Shown here: positions 8,472 through 20,800 of the stretch, piece by piece
Layout of the letters: every line of letters starts with the position of its first letter
Numbering within the stretch: position 1 is the first letter of the stretch
IMG/VR virus record: IMGVR_UViG_3300005512_000041
Coordinates: 1 to 56,583 of that record
Length of the DNA: 56,583 nt
Direction: 5' to 3' (one strand)
Origin: a virus
Lineage: Duplodnaviria > Caudoviricetes
Translations under genes and position numbers: made by a program
Notes under the pieces: model-generated
Databases searched by the model: none
Told to the model about the DNA's origin: nothing
What the model saw: only the letters and a program-made list of their open reading frames with translations

Positions 8472-9145
8472 CCCCTACCTTCACGCTCGACGTACTTTCG
8501 CCATTCCTCGGGATAGGGGTGGCCCGCTCGCATAGCCTGCCGATAGATGCTGATCGTGGAGCGACCCGGCGCCTTCGCCGTCCCGTTATCCCAGCCCGCC
8601 CGCAGGAATTCGGGGTGCCGCTGGAGCGCAGCGATCGACAGGCTTGCCTCTTCCTTCAGCAGCCGCGTCCCGACCTCCCACTGCTCCGGCGAGATAGCAG
8701 GGCGCCGGCCGGCCACGTAGCCCCGGTCCTTCGCGGCGGCCAGGCCCGCCTTTGTCCGCTCGGAAATCAGATCGCGCTCAAGCTGCGCGAATGCCGCGAT
8801 GACGTGGAAGAAGAACTTGCCGTAGGCCGACGTGGTGTCGATCTGCTCCGTCAGAGAGCGAAGCTGCACGTCACGGCGCCGCAGTTCGTCCGCAAGCTTC
8901 ACCACTTCGATCAAGTCGCGGCCGAGGCGGTCCAGCTTCCAGATCACCAGCACATCGCCGGGGCCAAGCACCTTGATGCACTCGGTCAGCTCGGGTCGGC
9001 GCTTCGCCACGCCCGACACGTACTCTTCGTAGATGTTGGACTTCGGGACACCGGCCCGGAGCAGAGCGTCCCGCTGCAGATCAAGGTTCTGATCGTCGGT
9101 CGAGACGCGGGCGTAGCCGATGAGATTCCACTGAACGTCCGACAT
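8462..9145 (-). CDS. Small serine recombinase (resolvase/invertase family)
   Basis: IGYARVST, RPEL, KLDRLGR, IDTTS, AQLERDLISERT, GRRP and a C-terminal HTH; start set at MSDVQW (GAGGT RBS). Confidence 0.92.
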   Translation of the reverse strand: MSDVQWNLIGYARVSTDDQNLDLQRDALLRAGVPKSNIYEEYVSGVAKRRPELTECIKVLGPGDVLVIWKLDRLGRDLIEVVKLADELRRRDVQLRSLTEQIDTTSAYGKFFFHVIAAFAQLERDLISERTKAGLAAAKDRGYVAGRRPAISPEQWEVGTRLLKEEASLSIAALQRHPEFLRAGWDNGTAKAPGRSTISIYRQAMRAGHPYPEEWRKYVEREGRGHD

Positions 9146-9290
9146 CCTACCTCTGAAGAAATCCGTGAAATGCGGAGTTTTGTAAGAGCACCCAACATAA
9201 TGGCGAATAGGCTTGTTGACAACCTTGTCCGTCGTCACTACATTGTCGGATAGGTTAGATGGACAGCCGATCAAACAAGGAGGCCCAGCA

Positions 9291-9566
9291 GTGCCGAAGA
9301 CGCCAGACCGATACAAGCGCGATCCTGACTACGGGCGCGCCATGGCGTGGGGGCCGCTGTACGCGAAGCATTTTCCGCACGAGACCGATCCATGCTCGCG
9401 GCACGTCCGGATCATCGCCGAGGACATTCTGCGCGACGTGAATTCTCCGGTCCGCAGGATGCTTATCGATGCGGGCTATGAACCCGACCATTGGGCGCAG
9501 TCCATGGAACTCACGGTCCGCGAGCTATGGCGCGAGCGGGCGAAGAACTCGAAACCTTCGGAATAG
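9291..9566 (+). CDS. Hypothetical protein
   Basis: AAGGAGG RBS before GTG 9291. Confidence 0.7.
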   Translation: MPKTPDRYKRDPDYGRAMAWGPLYAKHFPHETDPCSRHVRIIAEDILRDVNSPVRRMLIDAGYEPDHWAQSMELTVRELWRERAKNSKPSE

Positions 9567-9578
9567 GAGGCCGACGCG

Positions 9579-9845
9579 ATGAAGATGACAGAGCCTCAAC
9601 GAAAGTGGCTGACACGCCTGTCTGACGGCGCGGCGCATACGGGCGGCCGTCGCGCTGCATATAATTGTCGCTGCGCGGGGTGGTCCGAGTTTGCCTATCA
9701 GGATCGGGCAACGGGCGACTATCTGCCCAAGTCGCATGTGAACGCCTTGGCCCTTTCTCCCGAAGATCGCGCGGAGCGGTTCTATCTGTCGGATTACGAA
9801 TTTATCACCGACGCGGGGCGCGCTGCCCTGGCGTCCACCGACTAA
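9579..9845 (+). CDS. Hypothetical winged-helix-like protein
   Basis: AGGAGG RBS; MKMTEPQRKWL...ITDAGRAAL signature. Confidence 0.75.
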   Translation: MKMTEPQRKWLTRLSDGAAHTGGRRAAYNCRCAGWSEFAYQDRATGDYLPKSHVNALALSPEDRAERFYLSDYEFITDAGRAALASTD

Positions 9846-9859
9846 CAAGGGAGCGACCG

Positions 9860-10084
9860 ATGGGCATCGGCACACTTATCATAGCCGTCCTGCTGGTCCT
9901 ATGGGCCGCAACCGTGGTCCACGATCCTAAGCGTGGCCGCGAACTGGATACGCGGGCGGCCATGCTTCAGGCCAGAACCCGGCTTTACCACGCTCTCCAG
10001 AAAGATCATCCCAAGCGGCGGATGATTGAGAAGGAGATGGGTCAGGAAGAATCCGATCGGCGGTCTTTGAGCCGCAGAATGTGA
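9860..10084 (+). CDS. Small protein with N-terminal TM helix
   Basis: AGGGAG RBS; MGIGTLIIAVLLVLWAATVV. Confidence 0.65.
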   Translation: MGIGTLIIAVLLVLWAATVVHDPKRGRELDTRAAMLQARTRLYHALQKDHPKRRMIEKEMGQEESDRRSLSRRM

Positions 10085-10098
10085 AAGAGGAGACAGAC

Positions 10099-10473
10099 AT
10101 GACAAGCAAGCCATTCAACCCCGAAGACCTGCCGCAGCAAATCCCAGATGACGCTACAGACGTTGTGCAAGGCTTCATCCCCGGCGCGTGGTCGGAGGTC
10201 GAGGAGGTCATGCGCGAGGTTTTCGCCCGGCTCCCCTATGGCGAGCCCATCACGCTGTCGAATGGGCGAGAGTTCCACCTGAAGAAGTTCATTGAGCCCC
10301 GGCGAGATCAGAACGGGCGATGGATGTTTGCTTTCGACGCTGCGTTTCCAGAGGCGGGGCCGGGCGCCATCGACCACTTGGAGTTTTCGGTGCGTCATTC
10401 CGGTGGAGGCGGTGCCCTTGTGTCGCCAGGACCCGTCGAAAAGGCAGACAACGACGGACAGAGCGCCTCCTAA
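10099..10473 (+). CDS. Hypothetical protein
   Basis: GAGGAG RBS; globular composition. Confidence 0.75.
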   Translation: MTSKPFNPEDLPQQIPDDATDVVQGFIPGAWSEVEEVMREVFARLPYGEPITLSNGREFHLKKFIEPRRDQNGRWMFAFDAAFPEAGPGAIDHLEFSVRHSGGGGALVSPGPVEKADNDGQSAS

Positions 10474-10568
10474 CAAGCCGCCTCCATCCCCCGGTTAAGC
10501 CGGATCAGTCCGTCTTGCGTCCGGCCTGCCGCCGGTCCACGATGCCCTATGACGGCAAGGAGACCACC

Positions 10569-10631
10569 ATGGAAATCGCCCTAGCCTTCGGCATCGCTGC
10601 CATCATCGTCGCGACGATTGCCGGGATGTAA
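10569..10631 (+). CDS. 20-aa hydrophobic peptide
   Basis: AAGGAG RBS; MEIALAFGIAAIIVATIAGM. Confidence 0.55.
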   Translation: MEIALAFGIAAIIVATIAGM

Positions 10632-10653
10632 CTCGCCAGGACGCCCCCGCGGG

Positions 10654-10890
10654 TCAGCCGCCGCGACAGGCGCGCAGTATGTCGCGCTCGCGGATGTAAT
10701 CCTCCACGATCATCGGGATGACAGAGTCTGCGGGAAGCGCCTCGATCTCGTCGGCCAGCCTAGACGAGACGGCCGCAGGGTACTCCACGATTGGCGGACA
10801 GGCCGATACGCTAGAGGCCGGCGTCTCGCAGGCGGTCAACGACAGCATCGCGACCGCGAGGAGCGGAAGCAGAGGCTTTGATCTGTGCAT
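10654..10890 (-). CDS. Outer-membrane spanin (Rz1-like lipoprotein)
   Basis: Signal peptide with lipobox LTAC, extra Cys residues, overlaps the i-spanin 3' end. Confidence 0.8.
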   Translation of the reverse strand: MHRSKPLLPLLAVAMLSLTACETPASSVSACPPIVEYPAAVSSRLADEIEALPADSVIPMIVEDYIRERDILRACRGG

Positions 10891-11056
10891 CTTTCACCTT
10901 CAGGGTTCGGAGGGCGGTATCGATCCGCTCGGCCTGTCGGCCCGCCGACTTTGCCCGCGCTAGGACCAGCAAGACGCCACCGACGATGGCCGCAGCCGCG
11001 GCAATGTAGAGCCACGCCCGGGACAAGCCGGTGGCCGAGAGAAGGGCCGCCAGCAT
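10811..11056 (-). CDS. Inner-membrane spanin (Rz-like)
   Basis: N-terminal TM helix then short coiled coil; directly after the endolysin. Confidence 0.75.
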   Translation of the reverse strand: MLAALLSATGLSRAWLYIAAAAAIVGGVLLVLARAKSAGRQAERIDTALRTLKVKDAQIKASASAPRGRDAVVDRLRDAGL

Positions 11057-11712
11057 CACGCCACCCGAAGCTTGCGGTCTTGGAGATACCGATAGGCCAT
11101 GTACCCGACGGCCGCGATCACCAGAACGCCGACAGCCCAGGGAGCGTACTTGCCGATCGTCTCGACCAGCGGCACGGCCGGGGCGATCTGCTGCGCAGCC
11201 TCGGCCATCATGCCGACGCCCGTGGCCCCGGCAGCTACCGTGCCCGCCTTCAGGGTGCGGCTCTCCTTCACCGGCTTGACCGGCGGCGCGATACCGGCCA
11301 GGGCGATGCCCTTGCGGATCTCCTCGTCGCTGTAGGGCATGGATCCGTTCTCGTGCAGGATGATCGAGGTCACCAGCCCGCGCATGGTCTCGTAGTTCTT
11401 CACGTCGACCGTGTCGCCGGCGCTCAGGCCCAGGCGCTTGCGGACGTGCGCGGCGTAGCTCGATGCGTCGTTCTCGCTCGACGGAGCCCAACGCTCGATG
11501 ATCTCGGCCACCGTGTCGATGCGGCTACCGTCCTTCGCCAGGCGTTTGTCCTGATAGGTGATGAGGACGCGAGCAATGGCGCGGATGCCGTACTCCGGCG
11601 AGACGAAGGCGGCGAACCGACCATGACGCTGGGTGGGGGCCAAGCCCTCCCATGGCGCGCCGATCTCGATATGTCCAGGGTTGTTTAGGTTGTGCGTGAA
11701 GTTGACGGACAC
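11056..11712 (-). CDS. Endolysin (lysozyme-like fold) with C-terminal hydrophobic helices
   Basis: NNPGHI...F.SPEYGIRA...II.RWAP..END..SY...HENG; AGGAGG RBS before GTG; upstream of spanins. Confidence 0.8.
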   Translation of the reverse strand: MSVNFTHNLNNPGHIEIGAPWEGLAPTQRHGRFAAFVSPEYGIRAIARVLITYQDKRLAKDGSRIDTVAEIIERWAPSSENDASSYAAHVRKRLGLSAGDTVDVKNYETMRGLVTSIILHENGSMPYSDEEIRKGIALAGIAPPVKPVKESRTLKAGTVAAGATGVGMMAEAAQQIAPAVPLVETIGKYAPWAVGVLVIAAVGYMAYRYLQDRKLRVA

Positions 11713-11801
11713 TGCCGCCTCCTCTTTGGTAGCGGGGATCAATCCACTGGTGCTCCCGAATCGCTATCAGAGTCCGTAGTCTTTGGTGGGAAATTCTTTC
11801 G

Positions 11802-14800
11802 TCAGTCGGCAAACACCCGGCTGCGCTCCTGCCCCAGCCGTTCCAACTTCTCGTAGATCCGCGCCAAGTCGCGTTCGAACTTCTCTTGGCTGATCATGTT
11901 CCGGTGCCGATCGCGGCCAAGACGCCGCATGTCGCCGCGCAGTTCCCGCTCGATCCGGTCAAACTGAAGGCCGTGGTAGTAGAACCCGGTCTCGACGTCC
12001 TGCGGCTTCACCTTGATACCGATCGAAGACAGTGCGGCGGAGTCTAGACCGTAGGGCCGATCGCTTCGGTCGCGCCCGCCGGTAGCAGCGGTGGCGATCT
12101 TTTCCCAATACCAAGACCCAGGCACCCACGGAGCCGACGGCATCCAAGCCTTCCACAGGTAGTCGGCCGTCTTCGCGACCTTGTCACCCGCGTTGTCGGT
12201 GTACTCGTTTGTGATCTCCTGGCCCGTGAACGCCTGCTTGTTCAGCAGCAACTCGGCCGCGATCATCAGCGGCCCGCCGAACTGCAGCCACGACGGCATC
12301 GGTAACGCCGACGCCCCTTGGTTCATGTCGAAGACGTCGCCCGCCGGGATCCACCGACGCACGTCCAGAAATACAGGGTTACCGTAGTCATCGTCCCACG
12401 GCATCCGGATCATGCGCGGAGCGCCGATCCAGGTGGAACCCTGCTCTTCGGTGCGCAGGGACCGTCGCTGCCGATCCTCCTCGTCCTCGTCTTCGGTAAT
12501 GGCGTATGCCATCGCATTCGCCACCCAAGCGATCGTGGCATACTTCGCCAGTTTCCAGGGGCGAGCCGCCACCGACTGCGCGAGAACGGGAATGGCGCGG
12601 TAGGTATAGGCAATGAACGGAAGAACCGTGCGGCGTGCGGCGTTCACCCAGGGGGCCCGGATGTCGTAGTCAAGGAACTGCTCGCGCGCTTCACGAGCCG
12701 CCGCCTTGGCATCCATGCCCTGGTCGCGCCGGCGAACATAGGTCGCCATACGGAAGACCTCGTCCTCGAACCGGTACAGATCGATCCCCTTCCGGTCGAG
12801 GTACTTCGCCATCCGCCATAGGCGATCGAAGAGTTTGCCGACGACGCCGGCAGACGATTCCAGGCTCCCGCGCCCTTCTTGCATGTCTCGCTCAATCTGT
12901 TCGAGCAAGGGTTTGAGGACGTTGTCACGGATCTCGACGCTCATCATGTCGGCGCCGAACGCGCCGTTCTTGACCGCGTCCTGATAGGCCGCATCTTTCT
13001 TGATCATCGATCGGATGGCACCGACCAGATCGACCGCGCGAACGTCAGCCAAGTCCATCAGGACCGCGTTCGACATCACGTTGTTCATGTGGACGACCGG
13101 GTTGCGCGCCGTCTTGTTGAGCTTCCAGTTGGTTATCAGAGCATCCCACCATCTCGGGCTCTGCATCCGCTCAACCTCGGCTAGATCTCGCCATATCTCA
13201 GCGCGCACCCAGCGGCCGGCCAGCGCGCCGTATCGCTTCGTTCGGCTCTGCGGGATATTGCCGTCCGGCACCAGCACCCATTGCACGTCCGGATCGGCCC
13301 AGAACCGGTTGTAGTCCTGCGCGCTCTTCCAGGTTCCGGCGGGCGGTTCCGCCTTCATCGACCATTCCGGATTGTCCGCAATGTCGCGGAAGAACCGGCC
13401 GGTCGACAGATCGTGCGCCATGCCCATGTACGTCTTGGCGATGGTGTAACGGGCATCGACGATCTCGCCCATCTGCTCGCGCTCGGCCTTCGTGTAGTCG
13501 CGCCAGAGGATGATTTTGTCCCCCCGGGTGCCGCGGACCTGCCACAACCCCTTGTCGGAATAGGACGCGAACTCGGACGGCACCTCACGCCCCTCCTCGA
13601 GGTAGACGCGCTTGGTGACCTTGCCCGTGTCGGCGACACGGTCGAGGATTCGGAACTCTGCCCCCATCGCCGGCGCCTGGCCCCCTTCCAGCAGATCGGG
13701 CATATCCTTCATCAGGCGCTCATACGGCACCTCGACGAACATGCCGCGCCCCTTGAACTGGTTGCCGACGATCTTTCGGCGGCGACGGCCGGCGACATTC
13801 GCGACCCAGCGAGCCAGCGCGCCGTTCTGCTCCTCGTGCTTCAGGTAGACCCGGTGCAGGTAGGCGCCGCGGTTGCGCTCGAACGCTTCGGGGCTCAGCA
13901 GGCCGAGTTCCACCGCTTCCGCGCCCATGGCGTCGATCGCGTTGCGGATCGGTTCAGACACGCGCTCCATGGCGCCCGCCGGGAGTTCTTCGCCGGTCAG
14001 CACCGCCTGCAGGACTCGCGCCTCGTCGGAGCCGATGCCTTCCTTCCGGAGCACATTCATCAACTCCGGGATCTCGGCCATGATCGCCCGCTCTTCCAGG
14101 GCGCGTTCACGCTCGCGGTCGACGTATTCCTGATCCAGGCCGTAGCGATCCAGCAACCCGGAACGCGCCGTGCGCAGGGTCGGGTTCAGCCAGGCCATGC
14201 GACCGTCTTCCTTGAACTCCGCGTTGACGATCAGGTCACCGGCCTTTTCCGACAACATGGCGCCGGGCTTCCACCGGCCCATCTCATCCAGCCCGCCGAA
14301 TATCTGGAACGGCACGCGCATGGCCCGGTCGATCGGCTGCGCGCCGACCAGTTTCATCATGAGCGACTGGCGTGCTTCGCGGGTCTGGGGATCGCGCGGG
14401 TCCGTGGCGGCCGCATCGTCGCGCGCATCCGAAGGGATGGAGAACCGATCCGCGCTGTCCTGTTCGCCAGCCTGCGGCCTCCGGCGACCGACTTCGCCGG
14501 AGGCCATGCGCTCGAACACCTGCTCCGCCGCCCGATCGAGGAACGGCGGCTCGGTCGCCGTGAAGCCCTTCCCGGTGATCCAGTTGGCGACCGCGCGGAA
14601 GAACCGCTCTACCTTCTGAAAAGCCCGCTCAATGCGGCCAGCCACCTTGAGACGGCCGGCCTTCCAGGCTTCCCACGCCATCGCGGCGGCTTCTTCTCGG
14701 CGAACTGCATCGGACTCGCCAGCATAGAGTCGCTCAACGTCAAACTGCCGCCGCCATAGACGGTTACGGTCGGAGTCTCCGAACAGGACTCGGTCTTCTT

Positions 14801-17800
14801 CGGCGGTGAACAGTCCTTGGCGCCGGAGGTCATGAAGCACCTCATGGTTCAGCGTGTCGGCGGGCGACGGGTTTGCCCTCACGTTGCCGTCGGCGTCAAC
14901 GTACCGCATCGCGATGACCATGGCACGGCCGAAACCGGGCAGGTCTTCAACGGAGACGCCCAAGCCAGTGCGCCCTGTCCGCTGCTCGATCACCTTATCG
15001 ACCACGACGACCTTGGCCTGCGGGTTCATCTGGCGGACCTGCCGGCGCAGGAAGGTGACCAGATCATCCGCCTGCGCCAGCAGTTTCGGATCCCAAGTGT
15101 ACGTGGTGCCGTTGTGCGAGAATGCCGTGCGGCCGTCGTCTCCGGCTGTGCCGCCATCGCCCGGGCGGGAGAAATTGATGCGAGGGTCGGACGGGTCGAA
15201 GGTGCCGCGGTTGCCGGTGGCGGATTTGATCTGCTCGGGGCGGAACGGCACATAGACGTCCGCCGGGGCAGCCCGGCCTTCGTAGCTATCTCGGGCCTGT
15301 TGGAACACCACCCCGTCGTGGCCGGCCTCCTTGGCCGCCATGATGGAGTCGAGGAATTCCTGCGGGTCGTATCTCGCTCCACGGACGTCCACGACGAACG
15401 GATTCTGGATCGAAAGATAGACGGGGACGACGTTGCCGCCCGCCGCGTAGGCGGTTCCAATTCGGCTGATCCGCAGAAACTCTTCGCTGATGCGCGCGTA
15501 CGTCCGGGACAACCAGTTGTTGCCCATCATCTCAACGTAGGGATCATGAAATTCCGTGTAGCTGGCAGCCGTCTCCGGATCTGAAGAGAAGAAGAACCCT
15601 TGAGCCCCGTCTGACGCGCCCGTGTTGCGACCACCGGCCCCGGCGTCGAATGCCTCGATATCGGCGTTCGTCCCATGGAAGACCCGCAACGGCTCGCCAT
15701 TCTCATCAACCACCTTGCTGTCACCAAACCACCGCTTGAACGCGGGCGCGTCGGTCTGCGGTCCAGCGTCAGCAGCGAACGAGAACCGATCGCCACCCTC
15801 TTCCGTATCCTCAACCTGCGCTGCGGCAGCGGCCTCTTCCTGCTTCGTCTCTGCGGCGAGCTCAGATTCCAGCGCCCGGACCTGCTCGCGCAGATCGTCG
15901 ATCTCCTTCTGACCCTCGAACCGCTGATCCATCTTCGGGGAGAACTGTTCGATGTCGGCCCGTGCTGCGGCCAACTCTTCCTCAAACCGCTTCTTCTGAG
16001 CCTCCAGGCTGCGGCCGACGGACTCGATCGCTTGCACCATGCCGCGAACAGAGGTGCCGATATTGATCTCTTCCTCGAAGCCAGCATTGCGCTTCAGCGC
16101 CAGCGCGGCCCGCCATTCCTGGCCGATCCGGTAGACATCGACCTCAAGGGGGAAGCCACCGACTTCGGCAACAGCCTGGTCCTTCACCTCCCGCTCCTGC
16201 GCGGCTAGGCGCTCGATCTCGCCCATGAGGGCTTCGCCAAACTCGACGCGCTCCTCGTAGACCTTGCCGTTCACCGTTCCCTTGAAGGCGTCGCCCTTCG
16301 TCTCGACGCGCTGGGCGATGTCCTGCTCTACCCCCTCAATGCGGCGGGTGTAGTAGTTGACCTGCCCCTCGGCCCGCTGCACCCGGGATCGCACGGCATA
16401 GACGTCGCGCTCGAATGCCCCCTTGCGGCGCTGCGCCCGTTCGAGATCCTGGCGAAGCTGCGTGAGCGTCATCAGGCGCGGATCGTTCGTGGATAGCGCC
16501 TTCGCCTGCTCGTAGTCGCTTGCCTTGCCGACATCCTCCATGTCGCGGATCGACGGGTCTCCCTCGAAGAACCCTTGAATGAACCGGGCCTTGGTCTCCA
16601 TCAGGCCCCACATCGTCGAGTCGTAGGTGCCCTTGGTGCTGTAGTCGTGGATCTCAATCTCTGGGTTCAGGTTGCCCTGACGGATGCCGCGGCCGTTGCG
16701 TTGCTCGTCATCGGCCGGAAACCAGAGCGGGTCGAGGTTGTGTAGCGCGTAGAGACGGCGCTGCACATTAAGCCCTGTCACCTTCGAGGCGATCATCACG
16801 CGAACCTTGCCCTCGTTCATGTCGTTGAACAGGCGCTGCTTCGCGACGTGGGTCTTGTACTCGGCGAGCACGGCAATCTGGTTCTTCGGGACGCCGCGGC
16901 GCACCAGTTCGGAGCGGATGTAGTCAGGCACCACAAACCCGCGCGCCGGCGAAAGGCCAAGCGTCACAAAGGCGATCTGTGTAGCCGGACCCTTGTCGAA
17001 CGCCTTTTCCTCGTATCCTTCCGGAGTCGGTCGGTGCAGGGGTTGGCGCTTCGTCTCTTCCCAGATCCGGTAGATGTTGTCGACCATCAGGTCGAGTTTG
17101 CTGGGAACCTCCGAGCGGCTTGAGTTGTCGATCAGCCGCATGTCGATCGCAGCGTGCCGGCCGTCGCCGATCACCTTCAGCAAGATGTCGTCACCCGGCT
17201 TCGGCGGGCCTTTCCGCTGCGCGAGCGCCCGCATTCGGTCTGCAAGCCCAGCCTGAAACGCCTCCAGCGCGTCGGACTTCTCCGCCAGGTTCATGATGCG
17301 CTTGCCGCCCTTGATGTCCGGCCGGGTCACGTACTGCGCCAGCATGTTGCTGGTGACCACGTCCATGGCCTGCCGGACCATCACCGACAGTTCGGGGACG
17401 TTGATGAACTTGGCGAAGCGCGTGACCTGCTTGTAGCCGCCGGCAGGATCCTGCTCGAGGTTGGTCACGGTATCGCCGAAGGCGCCGGCCCAGGCGTCAA
17501 AGTGCGTGAGCTGCCGCGCCTCTAGCTCGTTCATCTGCAGGAACCGGCTGACGGTGAACAACTCGGCCATGGTGTTGGTAATCGGCGTTCCCGAGGCCAG
17601 CACGAGGTTGCGGCCCGGGTTAACCGTTTCCAGATACCGAGTTTTCACGAACAAGTCCCACGCATACGTCGAGCCTTCCGCGGTCACCCCTTTCACGTTC
17701 GACATCTTCGTCGCGAAGTCGAGCTTTCGAAACTCATGGGCCTCATCGACGAACAGAAAATCGACGCCCATCTCCTCGAAGGTGAAGACCTGATCCTTGC

Positions 17801-20800
17801 GCCCTTTGCCGCGGCCGGCGAGGCGCTGCTCAAGACGTTCGATCTGCTTCTCGATCCGTGACCTCGTAATCCGCTCTCCCTCAGTGCCTTTTACCTCTTC
17901 CAGAAGATCGCGGTATTGATCGATCTGATCTTGGATGAGCCCTTCCTGAAACTCGTTGCTGATCGGGATGATGCCGAACGCCGAGTGCGTGATGATGACG
18001 GCGTCCAGATCCTCGTTCGCCACGTTGGCGATGAACTGCTTGCGCCGGTCGGTGTGGAAGCGTCGATCGTCGGCAACCGCGATCCGCGCTGTCGGATACT
18101 GCTCGTAGAACTCCTTGGTGAACTGGCCCAGCATGTGCCCGGGGACGACGTACATCGGCTTGCGCACGAGGCCGAGACGGCGCATCTCCATCCCAGCGCC
18201 GATCATGGCCGACGTCTTTCCGGCCCCCACGGCGTGCGCCATGTAGGTGTTGCCCTCCTGGATGATCCGGGCAATCACGCGCTTCTGGTGCGGACGCCAG
18301 GACCAGTCGGACGAAACCCCCGGCGTCGTGAGGTAAGAGCCGTCATACTCCGGGACGACGAGGTTGTTGTATTCCTCGTTGTAGAGTGCCGCGAGCCGGT
18401 CGGCCCGGTCTTGATCGCTGAAGATCCAGTCAGAGAACCGCGCCTTGATCTCGCGCATCTTCTCGGCGGCAGCCTCAGTGGCCGCCGGGTTCAACTGCTG
18501 CGTCCGCTTCCCGTCCACATAGACCGTGTCGTAGACCTTCGGATCCTGCTTGTTCAGAGCCGAGGCGATCAGTTCCGTGGCGGACTTCTCCGGCGTGCCA
18601 TAAGTGGACGTGGCGGCGGCCGAGCTCTTGTCGCCGTCGACCTGCCATAGCGCCAGGGCCGGCGTGTAGCGAACCGACAAGCTGTTCAGGCCGAGGGACT
18701 CGGTCGCGAACTCCTCGATCGTCTCGGTGGGGATCCACGGCATTCCCAGGTTCGCGCCGATTTCCGACGGCGGGATCGGGGCGGGTTGGGCCGCTTCCAG
18801 GGCGGCGACGTTGCGCACGAATGCCGGATCACGGTCGGCTTCGGCCCGGGCGATCCGGAGCTTCCGGCGCACGTTGCCCGACAGATACTTCTCACGGGTC
18901 TGGTACGTCTCCTCAGTGCCGGGCACCCGGTAGATGGCATCGCCCAGGCCTTCGATCACCTCGCTGCGGGTCTTTCCGGAAACCTCTGCTATCCGGTCGA
19001 TGTCGACCCGGCCGGTCTGGTTCAGGGTGTAGAGGAGCGCATCGCCGAGGCTGTTGATCTCGGGCTTGCGGTCCTTGGTGATGACGTTCTCACGGAATAC
19101 CGCGCCCTTGTCGGCGGTGCCGTCCGCGTCGTTGTAGTGCTCAATCGCGCGCAGGCGATAGGATTCCGGGTCATCGCTGAACGGATCGACGTTCGGGCGC
19201 TTCTCGACGACGATGTCGTCCATCTCGTCCGGGTTGAAGGTGCCCTCGCTCCACGGGCGCCCTTCGGCCTCCGCCTTTTCCCGCGCTTCCGCCCGCGCCT
19301 TGGCGATTTCCGACAGCGACGCCTCGGCTTCGATCATGTCGGTGGGGTCGAACGTACCTTCGTCGAACTCCTCCCCGGCGTAGCGCGCCTCTTCGCGGGC
19401 GGCGGATCGGGCGTTCTCTGCCTGGATGCGGGTCGGTCGGCGATAGCTGTACTCCGCCTTGTTGATCGGGCCGAACTGCTCGACGAAAGCGTCATAGGCC
19501 TTGTTCAGCCGTGCGCGGGCGGTCTCTGCATTGGCAGTGTCGCCGGCCAAGTCGGCGGCATAGACGGCGCGTAGGGAGTCACGAACCGGGATCAGCGCGC
19601 GGATCCGCTCTATCTCTCCCCCGGATCGGCCGCCCTTCACGCCCTTGCCGCGGCCCTGGACTGACGATCCGACGCCATCGACCACCTGCATCAGCTTGCC
19701 ATCGTCGCTGATATAGAACGATCCGTCCTTGCGCTCGCTGGTGCCGAAGTCGACCTCTGCCCGATCGGTCGTGTCCTGCCATTCGCCCATGACGCCGGCG
19801 GGTAGCCGCGCCGCAGCCTCGTCAAGGAGGGACTGGATGTCTGCGCCAGGCCGCGCTTTGACGCCATAGCGGTTCTGGTAGAGCGGATCGAAGAAGCCTT
19901 CCTCGCCCAGCACCATGGCCGGGTTGTCCGCGAAGTAGGCGCTCACGCGCCCCTTCATCGGCTTGCCTTCCTTGTTCGGCAGCGTCACCTCGACCGTCTC
20001 GGTCCATCGGCCGTCGCCGGCCGGCTCGCTCGGGAGGCGCTTGCGCAGGATCACGATGTCCGTCGTGACCTTGGTGCCGGCGTTCCGCTCAAAGGCATCG
20101 CCCGGCAGACGGATTGCCCCCACCAGATCGGCGCGCTCCGCCATATACTCGCGCGCGCTGGTGTCGATCTTGTTCATCGTGCCAGCCGACGAGATGAACA
20201 TCAGCAGGCCGCCCGGGCGCACCGCGTCCAGGGACTTCGCGAAGAAATAGTCGTGCAGCAAGAACCGGTGCTTGGCGTACTTCGGGTCGGACTGGACGGC
20301 GACATCCGCGAACGGCGGGTTGCCGATGACCAGGTCGAAGGTGTTCTCCGGCAGCGGCGCCTTGGTGAAATCGTCTTGCCGCACGCCCCACTTCGGATAG
20401 AGCAGGCGCGCGATCCGGGCCGTCGTGTGATCCAGTTCCAGGCCGGCATAGTCGGTGGCCTGCGCCACGTCGGCCGGCATCATCCCAGCGAAGTTACCGA
20501 CGCCCATACCCGGCTCGAACACCTTGCCCCCCTCGAAGCCCAGGCGGCGCGCGGCGTCCCACATCGCGCGGACGATGGTTTCAGAGGTGTAGTGCGCATA
20601 CTGGATCGAGCGTTGAGCGGTCTTGTACTCGGTGTCGGTCAGCAGTTCCCGCAGGCGCTCGCCGATCTTCTCGAAGCCCTTGGCGAACTTCCCGTCGGCG
20701 TCGGGGAACGCGCCCTTGATGCCGCCCCAGCCGACATAGCGCGCCAGTTCCGCCTGCTCCGCCTTGGTCGCCGGCCGCCCTTCGGCCTCGATCTCGCGCA

